A DNA stretch of 64,000 bases, taken from positions 1-64,000 of IMG/VR virus record IMGVR_UViG_3300030095_005132. One strand, 5' to 3'. The DNA is from a virus (taxonomy: Duplodnaviria; Caudoviricetes). Below are positions 46,011-58,300 of this stretch, piece by piece; the stretch's first letter is position 1, and each line of letters opens with the position of its first letter. The translations under genes and the position numbers were made by a program. A model generated the notes under the pieces. It worked only from the letters and a program-made list of their open reading frames with translations, had not been told where the DNA came from and ran no database searches.

Positions 46011-49000
46011 TTAAAGAAAATGTTGTTAAAGTACCTTTTCGTAAGTTAAAATATATTCACCACATATCTGATATACAAATCAGAAATTTAAAGCGACACA
46101 CAGAATACGAAGAAGTGTTCAATCGTACATACGAACAGGTAAAAAAACATAAAGATAATGCCGTAGTCTATATCGGTGGTGATATAGCACACTCTAAAAC
46201 CGAAATGTCACCTGAGTTAGTCGACCAGCTCTCACGATTATTTAAGAATCTGGCAGACATCTGCCCTACGATTCTAATCGCAGGCAATCACGATTGTAAT
46301 TTAAATAATCTTTCGAGAATGGATGTTCTTTCCCCAATTGTAAATAATCTACAACATAAAGATTTACATTACCTAAAACATAGTGGTGTGTATAAATGTG
46401 CTGATGTAAAGTTTGTTGTATGGGATGTATGGGAAAAGGAAGATGATTATATTGAAGCTAAGGATTTTGAGGGTGATACAAAGATAGTTCTCTTTCACGG
46501 AACAGTAGATAAGTCTGAAACAGATTTAGGATTCTTTCTTCCATCGGATGTTAAGATTGCTAAATTTGATGGTTATGATATGGGATTGCTTGGAGACATT
46601 CACAAAAGACAGCATCTCAATAAAAAAGAGACTATTTCTTACTGTGGTTCATTGGTACAACAGAACCACGGAGAAGGATTAAGTCATGGTTATCTACTAT
46701 GGGATGTTCCGAAGAGAAAGTCTGAGTATATAGAGATACCGAATGACTACGGCTATTATACAATTAATATAGATGATGGTAAGGTGCCTGACTGTCCAGA
46801 TATACCAAAAATGGCTAGGTTAAGAGTTAGGGTATCCAACACAACACCATCAAAATTAAAAAAAGCTATGAGCCTTATTCATAGTAAGTATGGTATAAAA
46901 GAAGTAACAGTTACAAAAACAGATTCTATAAACTCCATTGAAAAAGTTAGAGGGCAGCACATATCGGTTGGTAATGTAAGGGATGCTGACTATCAATATA
47001 ATCTAATAGAGGAATATCTAAAAACAAATCACTTTGTAGACAAGCAAACTTTAATTGATATAAAAAAAATAAATGAAGAATTAAATGGAAGTTTACCAGA
47101 AGATAATGTAAATAGAGGAGTAAACTGGCAAGTTAAAAAGTTAGAATTTGATAATATGTTCTCATATGGAGAAGATAATGTTGTGGACTTTACTAAATTA
47201 AGTGGGATAGTTGGTATGTTTGCACCGAATGCTAGTGGAAAATCTTCTTTATTAGACGCACTTTCATTTTGTTTATTTGACAGATCTTCAAGAGCCTATA
47301 AAGCAGTAAATGTTCTAAATAATAAAAAAGACTATTTTAGTTGTAAAGCTACCTTAGAGGTAGAGGGTATAGAGTATTTTATAGAAAGAAATGCTAAAAA
47401 ACAAAAGAATGGTCATGTTAAGGTAAATGTAGATTTTTATTCATTCTCTGATGATGGAGATAAAATATCTTTTAATGGTGACCAAAGAAGAACTACAGAT
47501 GTAAATATTCGTAAGTTGATTGGAACTTATGATGATTTTGTAATGACATCCCTTTCTTTACAGACTAACTCAACTGTATTTATTGATAAGACACAAAAAG
47601 AAAGAAAAGACTTGCTCGCACAATTTATGGGAATTGGTGTATTTGACCAACTTTATACATTGGCTAGTGATGAAATACACGATGTATCTTCTCTACTAAA
47701 ATCATTCAGTAATAATAACTACGATACGGAATTAGCTAAAATAAAAGATTCTTTGGTTGGTATGAAGAAAGATTCTAAAAAGCTAACTTCAAATAAAAAA
47801 GAATTGGTTATTGATAAAAAACGTGAAGATAGAAAAATTATCAGTTTAACTAAGCAGCTTAGAAAAGTAGATGAAACTGCTGAAAGTTTAGATGTATTAG
47901 AAGAGAAAAAATTATCTTTAAATAGTGAACTAAAATCAACAGATGAAAAATTTGGTAAATTAAAAACATTATCTGAGCAATATAAAGTTGAAGAAACAGA
48001 ATTAACAGAAAAAATTAAAATTTATAAAGAAAATGAGGTGGATAAAAAGTTTGCTCAATTTGAACAATATAGTTTAGAAAAATCAAATCATCAAATTGAA
48101 ATAGATAAATTAAAAATAGAAGTTCAGCACAAATTAGACAAGATTGAAAAGCTTGGTAATTTAGAACATGACCCTGATTGTGATTATTGTATGAGTAATC
48201 CATTCACATTGGATGCTATAGAAACTAGAGAAAAACTAAATGAGGATAAAAATTTAGCAGACACTTTTCTAAGGAAATCATCTGATTTAGATAGTATAAT
48301 AAATGGGTTATCTCACATTACCGCTCACAAAAAACAAATGGATTCTTGTATAAATGATTTTAATTTACTTACTTCTAATATCAGTAAGGTAGATAGTGAA
48401 AGAAAATTAACTACAGAAAAGAAAAAAAATCTAATAAGTCAATTAGCTATCATTGAGGATAAGATTAATATCTATCACGAACAAGAAAAGGATATTATTT
48501 ATAATAAAGGTTTAGTGAATGATATAGAAAATGCACAAAACAATTCTGATAATTTAGAAATCGAAATAGAAGAATTGGATAAAAAGCTTGGTTCTGTAAA
48601 TGGTGAAATAAAGGTATTAGAAACTAATAGAAAAAACATTTTAACAAATATTAAAAAGGTAGAAGAGTTAGAAGGAAAGTATGCTGCTTATCAGTATTAT
48701 ATGGATGCAATCAAACGTGATGGTATTCCTTATGAACTAATATCCAAAGCTCTTCCAACCATTGAGGGTGCTGTAAATGATATACTTTCTCAAATTGTAG
48801 ACTTCTCTATGATATTGGAAATGGATGGTAAGAATGTAAATTGTTATATCGTTTATGATAATGACAATGTTTGGCCTCTTGAATTAAGTAGTGGTATGGA
48901 AAGATTTATATCTTCATTAGCTATGAGGGTTGGATTGATAAATGTATCCAATCTACCAGCAGCTAATTTTCTTGCAATAGATGAGGGGTGGGGTACTATG

Positions 49001-49162
49001 GACTCCGACAATTTAAACTCCGTATACAACCTATTTCAGTACTTAAAAACGCAGTTTCAATTTACAATGATTGTTTCTCATATAGACTCTATGAGAGATG
49101 CTGTGGATACCTTATTAGAGATAAAAAAAGAAGATAATTTTAGTAACGTTTCTTTTGACTAA
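46007..49162 (+). CDS. Fused SbcD/Mre11 nuclease - SbcC/Rad50 ATPase (gp47-gp46-like)
   Basis: SDIQ, GGDIAH, AGNHD, LGDIH; Walker A APNASGKSS; coiled coil with CDYC hook; LSSGME, AIDEG, VSH. Confidence 0.92.
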   Translation: MIKENVVKVPFRKLKYIHHISDIQIRNLKRHTEYEEVFNRTYEQVKKHKDNAVVYIGGDIAHSKTEMSPELVDQLSRLFKNLADICPTILIAGNHDCNLNNLSRMDVLSPIVNNLQHKDLHYLKHSGVYKCADVKFVVWDVWEKEDDYIEAKDFEGDTKIVLFHGTVDKSETDLGFFLPSDVKIAKFDGYDMGLLGDIHKRQHLNKKETISYCGSLVQQNHGEGLSHGYLLWDVPKRKSEYIEIPNDYGYYTINIDDGKVPDCPDIPKMARLRVRVSNTTPSKLKKAMSLIHSKYGIKEVTVTKTDSINSIEKVRGQHISVGNVRDADYQYNLIEEYLKTNHFVDKQTLIDIKKINEELNGSLPEDNVNRGVNWQVKKLEFDNMFSYGEDNVVDFTKLSGIVGMFAPNASGKSSLLDALSFCLFDRSSRAYKAVNVLNNKKDYFSCKATLEVEGIEYFIERNAKKQKNGHVKVNVDFYSFSDDGDKISFNGDQRRTTDVNIRKLIGTYDDFVMTSLSLQTNSTVFIDKTQKERKDLLAQFMGIGVFDQLYTLASDEIHDVSSLLKSFSNNNYDTELAKIKDSLVGMKKDSKKLTSNKKELVIDKKREDRKIISLTKQLRKVDETAESLDVLEEKKLSLNSELKSTDEKFGKLKTLSEQYKVEETELTEKIKIYKENEVDKKFAQFEQYSLEKSNHQIEIDKLKIEVQHKLDKIEKLGNLEHDPDCDYCMSNPFTLDAIETREKLNEDKNLADTFLRKSSDLDSIINGLSHITAHKKQMDSCINDFNLLTSNISKVDSERKLTTEKKKNLISQLAIIEDKINIYHEQEKDIIYNKGLVNDIENAQNNSDNLEIEIEELDKKLGSVNGEIKVLETNRKNILTNIKKVEELEGKYAAYQYYMDAIKRDGIPYELISKALPTIEGAVNDILSQIVDFSMILEMDGKNVNCYIVYDNDNVWPLELSSGMERFISSLAMRVGLINVSNLPAANFLAIDEGWGTMDSDNLNSVYNLFQYLKTQFQFTMIVSHIDSMRDAVDTLLEIKKEDNFSNVSFD

Positions 49163-49313
49163 CAAGTAAATTCTTAGGTTTGCTCTCTCCCCTTTTAAGA
49201 CTTAGTATATGCTGATTAAGTACTGCGCTCATTGTGGTACTTTCTTCCCTAACATACACTCTAAACCAGTCTACTAATCCCTCTTCTATAGTAAATGAAT
49301 ATTTCTTTTTCAT
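49140..49313 (-). CDS. Small ribbon-helix-helix-type DNA-binding protein
   Basis: MKKKYSFTIEEGLVDWFRVYVREESTTMSAVLN; SD GGAG; late motif on minus strand at 49341-49350. Confidence 0.6.
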   Translation of the reverse strand: MKKKYSFTIEEGLVDWFRVYVREESTTMSAVLNQHILSLKRGESKPKNLLVSQKKRY

Positions 49314-49377
49314 ACCGATAATCTCCATATATTATACATATAATAAATATTAAAATTTTTAATAATGATATTTATTA

Positions 49378-52300
49378 ATGATATCAAACAATAGGAAATT
49401 CTTAATGGCAACCGTAAAAAGATTTAATAAATTACTTGGGCTTGAGAATATAGATGTATTAATTGATGAAAGAGACACTTCTAGACACATCATAATTACA
49501 GATATGCCTCAGAGTTTACCTCAAGGTAAAAGTTCATTTCTAATAGAAGTCTCGCCTTATATGAAAGAGGGTGTTGAACTTCAAGTAGATTTTATGGATT
49601 CAGAAGGTAATAGCATATACCTTGAACCAGTTCAAAATTATCTAGAGGGTTCTTCAAGAACTATGTCGGTTGAGATTTATGATACTACAGCTGCTGGTGT
49701 AGCCACTATGATATTGGTTGGTGAATTAGATAGGATACCAACAACTCCAGGAAATTTTAGTGAAACTGAAGAAGTTCCTGTAGATTTTCAAGGTGTGTAT
49801 AATGTAAGACTCACTCGTGAAGTTATTATAAATACAGCAGAATTAAATACTCAACCTATAAAATTTTATTCATCACCAAGACTTATAGCAAATGAGCAAA
49901 GATTTGGAACGATGGAGAGAGAGGTTGTAGAAGGTGAAGTAGCTTCAGCTGCTTTTACTGTCATTGGTAGACCAGTAACCCAACAATCTTATGAGGTATT
50001 TACTACAGAAGAAAATGAATCTAATGCACAAGGTTCTGGTGTTACTGAAACTAATGATAATAAATCTATAAAGCCACCTGATGGTGATGTAAAAGGCGAT
50101 AAAGCAGAAAAAGAAAAATTAAAACAACACACTAAAAAAAGAAGTGTCCGCACAGATAGTAGATTTAAAAGGTCTAGAAGAATTAGGAGAAGAAGGTCTC
50201 CTGTGGAATACCCCTATTCATTTTCTATATCTGATGAAGAGCATGAATTTACTACAAATGAAATTGGAGGAGAAATAAGATTTTCTGATATAGACACCAC
50301 TATATATAACAGCGAAGATTTAACAAACAATGGTTTAGAAACACCCACATTTAATGTGGTGAGTGACACACTTGATGAAAATTTCCCAACACATTATACA
50401 GCCTCTATTGCTGATTTAAATAACAGCCTTACTGCTTATACAAATACACCATTTACAAAACAAGACAGAGAGGGAAATTATAGAATATTAGAATTAAAAG
50501 CTACTGGTCAAACTTTTTATGAAAAACAACCATCTGCTTCCTTTAGTTTAACAAATATAGTTTCTTATGCTGATATAACTTTAAGTCATTTAAGAACATT
50601 TTCAGGAGAATTATTTAAAGCAAAAGTTTATGTTAGAAGTGAGGGTTCTTTTGATGATTATAAATTATTGGCTGAAGTTCCTATAGAATCCCCTGAACTT
50701 ATGATAAACTCAAATTCTGTTGGTATAGGTGAGCGAACAGGTTATTTTATTTCTGAAGAAGATAAAAATACATATTGGGATTTGTTTGGTAGTACTAACG
50801 GATTGACAGCAGCTTCATCAACATCAACAGCTTCTTTTGATAACAACACATTATTAGACTCAATTATGGTTTCAGGAAGTACATCTACATTTTCAGACCA
50901 AATAAGATTTCAATTAAAAGAAGATTATAAATTTGTATTAACAAAGGATATAGATTACACATTGTCTTTCAACACCGTTGGTCAAAAGGATACTGATGGT
51001 AGAGCTTTAATGTTAGTATACATTTCAGGTTCTTGTATGAATCAAGCTAATAGTTTGTACAATGACGAATTTACTGAAATTAATATTGAAGAATCTTCAG
51101 CTTATGGTAAAAGAATGGGTGTATTGGAAGTGGAAACCAGTGATGATGATAGAAAAGATTTTAATTTAGTTAGTCACAATTTTAATACAGATTCAACTGG
51201 TGAGGCAACAATTCAATTCAGAGTAATATCAGGACAATGGAACTTATCTGATATATCTGTAATTCCAGCAACAGACACCGGATTCTCTCCGTCCTTTGTT
51301 AAGTTTCAACAACAATTACCACCTGAATTAACACATAAGAGACCTGAAACATTAGAATTTCTAACAGAATTTTATGATATGAATAATAATTTGGCTGATG
51401 AAATAGCAGTAACAACTGGCTCTATATTCACAGGTGCTAATATGGTTATTACTGGCGATGATAATACAATGAGTGGTGACTTATTTATCGGTGGTGATAC
51501 TACCGGTAGTGGAATGCACTTTGGTGGTGTAGACTCTAACTTGCCAGAAACAGGTACTGATGGTGCTACCGGTTCTGGCTTTATGAGGTCGGTTGGTTAT
51601 TTAGGATTTGCTTCAGCTTCAGATGCATCATTGGATGGTAAACCTGGCTTTATGATTTATAGTGGTTCTGTTTTACCTGATAGTGGTGAAAATTATGCTG
51701 GTGTTGGCTTGGAATTGGTTGGTGCTAGTGGTTCTCTAAAATTTAGAACAAATCCAAGTTTATTTGATGTTCAAGCAGATGCATTTTTTGTAGGTAAAAC
51801 TACAACCCAATTCATAAGTGGTTCAGGAGAAAAGATAGAAATAAGTTCATCAAACTTTCATTTAGATGACGCAGGTAATGTGGATATGACGGGTACTATT
51901 ACTGCTAATGCTGGAGAAGTCGGAGGCTTTACAATAAAGGATAGTAGTCTTAGAGCTGGTACAGGAAACTCATCAGTTACAATGAGTGGCGCAGACCAAT
52001 TAATGAAATTTGGTAGTGGTTCTACATTTACTGCTAGTGAAATAGATGGAATACTTTTTGGTAAAGATACGGATGGTAAGTATAAATTTGGTGTTGGTAA
52101 GGGCGGCTCTTATGTATTTTTTGATGGTGATGCTGTACAAATAGCCTCAGAAGATATCAATGTAACTGCTTCAGTTTTCTCTATTGATGTGGATGAATTT
52201 AAGTTAAGTGCTACAAATTTATTTGTAAGTTCTAGTGAAGGTGGTTTTGTATCTCTTGGAAACCCAAGACCATCTGGTATAGGTGGTACTAATAATGGTA

Positions 52301-55300
52301 TATTTATGCAGGGTAGAAATCCAGACGATACCAAACCTAAGTTCTTAGCAGGTAATGCAGCTGGCGGTCATATATCATTCGATGGTGATAATGTTTTTAT
52401 GTCATCTTCTGCTTTCTTCTTAGGCTCACCATCTCAATTTGTAAGTGGTTCTTTGGGTAATGTAGAAATAAGCTCATCAAATTTTCATTTGGATAATGCT
52501 GGTAATGTAATAATGAGTGGTAAGATTACTGCTAATGAAGGTGCGATTGGTGGTTTTAATATAACAGATGATGCATTATCTTCTACAAACTTTTTTATAA
52601 GTGGTAGTCCAACTGCTGGTGGAGATGATACTCCCGAACATATGTTTATTAGTGCTTCTAATTTTAATGTTAAGGCTAGTGGTGATGTTACTGCATCTGC
52701 TCTTTCATTAACTGGAGGTGATGTAGGTGGTTTATCTGTAGAAAGTGGAGTTATATCAGTAGGCTCTATTCTAAAATTAAAAGATAGTGGTCAAATAACT
52801 GGTTCAAAAGTATTATTTAGTGGTGGTACAATTGGCGGCTTTACTGTAAATGGTGGAGCAGGTCAGAGTAGTTTAATTGGTAAAACGAGTGATCCAGCTG
52901 AAAGATTTAGACTGGATTTGCTGAGTGGAGAATTGCAAGTAGAAGGAAATGATGGTTTTGGAATAACTTTAGGCGGCGATGCTTCTAGTGGTTATGAAGC
53001 AACAACTGACACTAGTATACCAATAGTTTTAGCTACTACAGAAGATGCTAGTAGGACTGTTGTTAGATTTGGTGATTCGGGTCAGTTCTTTAAATTTGAT
53101 TCTGGCGCAACGCCAAAATTAACTATTAGCTCAAGTGATTACTTTCTTGGCACATCTACTACTTTTATAAGTGGTTCTAACGGAAATATTAAAGTTAGTG
53201 GAAGTAATTTAGAATTAGAAACACCAAAGTTTTTCTTAGGTAGAAAGGGTAATCAATTTGTAAGTGGTTCTAATGGTAATGTAGAGATAAGTTCATCGGA
53301 TTTTCATTTAACTGCGCAAGGAGATGTAACTGCTTCTGCTATATTGTTAGGCGACAAGGATGGTAGTAATTTTTTACAATTTGCTGGTGATACTTTAACT
53401 GTAAGAGGAGATTTAGCAGTTGATTCATTATTCTTACCATCAACTATAGATGGTGCAACATCAACAGCCGTAAACGCTTCTTCATCTTTAGATTCAAATG
53501 GTTTTGCTAAATTCGTATCAGCCTCCATCGGTGGATTTATAGTAAATTCATCACAAATAAATTCCGTAAATAATAATATAGTCTTACAATCCAATGGTGC
53601 GGCTACGATAAGTGGTAGCTCTGTAAATTTACAAGCTCCTATATTTTATTTAGGAAACCAAACAAATTTCATAAGCGGCAGTAATGGAAATATAGAAATA
53701 TTCAATAGTGGTGCAACCACAATAAGTGGTAGTTCTGTAAATGTTCAAACTCCAAAGTTTTATTTAGGGGAAACTGATAATTTTATAAGTGGTAGTAATG
53801 GGAATATAGAAATATTTAATACAGGAACTACAACTATTAGTGGAAGTGCGGTAAATATTCAAACACCTAAATTTTATTTAGGAGAAACTGGTCAATTTAT
53901 AAGTGGTAGTAATGGAAATATTGAGATAAGTTCTTCTAATTTTCATTTAGATAGTGCTGGTAACGTTGTTATGTCAGGTAAAGTAACCGCTGATACAGGA
54001 GAAATAGGTGGATTTACAATAGGAGATGATTTAGATTCTACAGCCGGTACATTAAAATTAAAAGGAGCTAGTGGACAAATAACAGCATCAGCTGCTCAGA
54101 TAACCGGTAAGATAACCGCTCAAACAGGAACTATTGGTGGGTTCAACATCGGAACAGATTTAGATTCATCTGCTGGTACATTAAAATTAAAAGGAGCAAC
54201 AGGACAGATTACTGCTTCAGCTGCTCAAATTACAGGTAAGATTACAGCTACAAGTGGGCAAATTGCTGACTTTACAATTGACGGAACAAAACTAAAACAA
54301 GGAACAGCATTTCATTTAGATGGGGCTTCCAGTGCTGAATACTTTATATCATCTTCCGACTTTCAAGTTACCCCAGCTGGACAACTTACAGGTTCAAGCG
54401 CTTTATTTGACGGAACAATAGATGTAACCGGTACAGGAACAATAGCTGGTTGGACTATAGCTTCGGGAAGATTTAATGATTCCGGAGATAATCTTAGACT
54501 CGATGGTGATGAAAGTCAGATATCAGTAAAAAATCATACTTTTGGTCAAGCTGGTATTCAGTTACAATATAATAGTGGAACTACAAGAATGTATGTTGGT
54601 GATGGTGCCAATAAACATTTAAAATTTGATGGTTCTGATGTTGATATAAAATCTGCTAAATTTGAATTGGATGCTACTAATTTAGAATTATCATCAACAC
54701 ACGCTTCAATGAGTTTGGGTGAAGGTAAGATTAGATTAGTTGGTGCTTCCACATCAACAATCACAGTTGGTGCTGCTAACGCAATAAAACTATCGGATGA
54801 TGGTAGTGACAGATTTTTAGTTGTAGGAAGTAAAACTTCGTTTACACATTTTGACCAATCTACTGCTGGTTTAATATTAGGAACTGATAATGGAACTACA
54901 AAGTTTGAGTTAGCAGCCGATGCAAATAATTACATATCGTTTGATGGTTCTGCTTTTGATATTAAAACTGAAGTTTTTACTTTAGATACCACAAATTTAG
55001 ATATAAATTCATCCACAAAAAGAATTGAGGTTTCAGATGGTAGTAATGTAAGGGTTAGAATAGGTGAGGTTGATTCTACTTCAGCTAATCATTTTGGTAT
55101 AACAATATATGATGGAACCGGTACAGCAGCTTCAGATGAGATAGTTCATCTTAGTGATGCTAAAAATCAAATAGCTAGTTGGTCTTTAAGTCCTAATCAG
55201 ATTTCAAGTAATAATTTAATATTAGATTCAGATGGAACTATACAAACAGCAGATTTTGCTAGTAATGTAAAGGGTTGGAGAATAACATCAGCAAATAATG

Positions 55301-58300
55301 GTGAGGCAGAATTTGAAAATGTAAGAATTAGAGGAACTTTATCCACTGCTGTATTTGAAAAAGAAACAGTAAATGCTGTAGGTGGACAATTGTATGTTGC
55401 TAATTCTACTGCAATAACAGGCTCTGATACTTTAGCTGCTACTGCAACTACGATGAGTGTGGTTAATGTAACCGGATTTGCAGAAAACGAAGTTTTATCT
55501 GCAAAGAAGGTAACTTCCACCGGATTTGGTACGGAATATATGTTAGTTCAGAGTTCTTCAAGGGATAACCCATCAAGCGAATCAGACTTTGCTGGAAAGC
55601 TTTTTTTAATTAGAGGATACAGAAGTGGTAGTAATGGAATATCTGGATCTTTAGGTGATATAGCAAATGCTTCACAATCATATGAGCCAGGTCAAGTTAT
55701 AGTATCAACCGGAAAAGTAGGAACCGGTTACATAAGATTAAATGCAAATCCAAATGATTCGACAACTCCGTATATGGATATTGTTGAAAGAACTGGTAGT
55801 GGAGTCTATGATGTAGATTTGAAGGCTCGTTTGGGTGATTTGAGTGGATTAAGTAGTGGGTTACTTTATGGGGAATCAAATCCTGGCTTTGGATTATTTA
55901 CAGAAAATGTATTTTTAAGCGGAGCTATAACTGCTACTACGGGTTCTATAACCGGAATACTTCATGTTAGAACAGATTTATTAAATCAAGTAACAATAGG
56001 AACAAATGTTAAAAATTCTCTTGATGGTATTCACATAAATGATAATAACTTTTGGTATACCAATGGTCATTTTAGAACAGGATTCGATAGTGATAATTTT
56101 ATACACCAATCGGGTTCTGCTCTTACCTTAAAATCAGAAACGTTTACGTTAAAAGGTGGAACTACTTTAATATTAGATAGTACTACACCTAAATTAGTAA
56201 TGGGAAGCAGTGCTGCTTCAATAACAGATACGGATAATACCGGTATCTATATGGATGGTAGTGGTAAGTTTAGGGTTGGTGAAGATCAGGGAAGTGGTGA
56301 TAACTTTATTTACTTCAATGGAACTACCATACAGATGAAATCAACTGTATTTGATTTGGTTGCCGGTTCTACCCTCGTTATTAATAGTTCTACACCTAAG
56401 ATTGCATTGGGTGCTAGTGCTACTGGACAAAGTTTGACTAGTGGAACTGGTATCTTTATGAATGGAAGTGGACATTTTAAGGCTGGTAAAGCAGGTCACG
56501 GTAGAATTGAATGGGATGGGACTGATGTATATGTAAGTTCATCTGCATTCTTCTTAGGAAGTGATTCACAATTTTTAAGTGGTTCAAATGGTAACTTAGA
56601 AATAAGTTCTTCTAAATTTCATTTACAGCCAGATGGTGACACCATTATGCAGGGTAAAATTACTGCTACAAGCGGTGAAATAGCTGGTTTGAGCATAGAA
56701 TCAGACAAAATTTATGTTGGTACTGGTAATCATAACAACAGTGATACATCATTCTATGTAGAGAATGACGGAAAATTTAGTTTAAAAGATAAGTTATCTT
56801 GGGATGGGAGTGATTTATCAATTGAGGGTTCGATAACAATTACAGGAGGAAGTGGTTTTGCTTCACCAGCTGCTGTTAGTGGTAGTGTAAGCGATTTAAG
56901 TGGTTCGGTAGCTACTGATGTTGGTGGATTAGCGGTAGCTTCTTCATCAATGGCATCAACTGCAAGATTGACAAGCACTGGTATGGAAATACTGAATAGT
57001 GATGATAATGTAATAGCAGCGTATAGTGCTGACGCGGTTATTGGTAGAACTGATGCAGGACAAAGTAATGTATTAATTGATTCGGACGGGAGTATTGATA
57101 TTAGAAGGGGAACTGAAGTATCTGCATCCTTTGGTACAACAACTACAATAGGTCCAACTTCCGGTAATCATGTTGAAATTACTTCAACTTCTTTGGCAAT
57201 AAAAACATCCTCAAATGTAACTGCTCTATCAGCATCAGCGGCTGGTTTGGATATGGCTGGAACTATAAAGGCGAGTGGTGGAACAATTGGTGGGTTTGAT
57301 ATAGGAACTGATTTAGAATCACAATCCGGAACTTTAAATTTAAAAGGTAGTACCGGACAGATTACAGGTTCAGCTGTATTATTTGATGGTGGTAAAATAG
57401 GTGGATTTACAATTGATGCTGATGAGATTAAAAGTGGAACTAATATAGGTTTAGATTCTACTAATAAAAAATTAACAATAAACGATACCACATTTGGAAA
57501 TGAAGGAATACAATTAGAATATAATGGTGGTACGCCAAGACTTTATGTTGGTGATGGTTCAAATGAATTTTTTAAATACGATGGAACTAATATAGACATT
57601 AGAACACAAAAGTTAAATGCTAGTGGTAGTAGTATAATACTAAAATCATCTGATTTTTATCTTGGTGATAGCTCAAACTTTGTAAGTGGGAGCGGTGGTA
57701 ATCTCAGTATATTTAGTACCGGAGATACCACATTGAGTGGTAGTTCTATTACTTTGTCTACTCCGAAATTTTTTATGGGAGAAGTATCTCAATTTATAAG
57801 TGGTAGTAATGGAAACATTGAAATAAGCTCTTCCAACTTTCATTTACAACCTGATGGTAATGTAATAATGAGTGGTACGGTTACTGCTGGTGCTGGTGAG
57901 ATAGGTGGATTCACACTATCCGATACAGAAATAAGTGCTAGTGGATTAGTATTAAAGGCTAGTGGACAAATGACTGCTTCTGCAGTATCGATGTCTGGAA
58001 TGATAAATGCTAGTTCAGGACAGATTGGTAACTTTGCTATAGACAGTAATAATTTAGTGGGTGGAGGGACCTTTCAATTAAATCCAACTAACAATAGTGG
58101 TGAGGTTAGAATGGGTAGTAGTTTTGGACCAAACTCAGCTGATAGTACGACTACCGGTATTTACCTAAGTGGTACTGGTGAGTTTGGTTTCATTCAAGAC
58201 ACAAATAATAGGGTTTTTTCGGATGGAAATGGTCTTGATATACGTTCAACCGAATTTGTTTTGAATGCAGGAACATTAGAATTAGAAAATAAAACAACAA

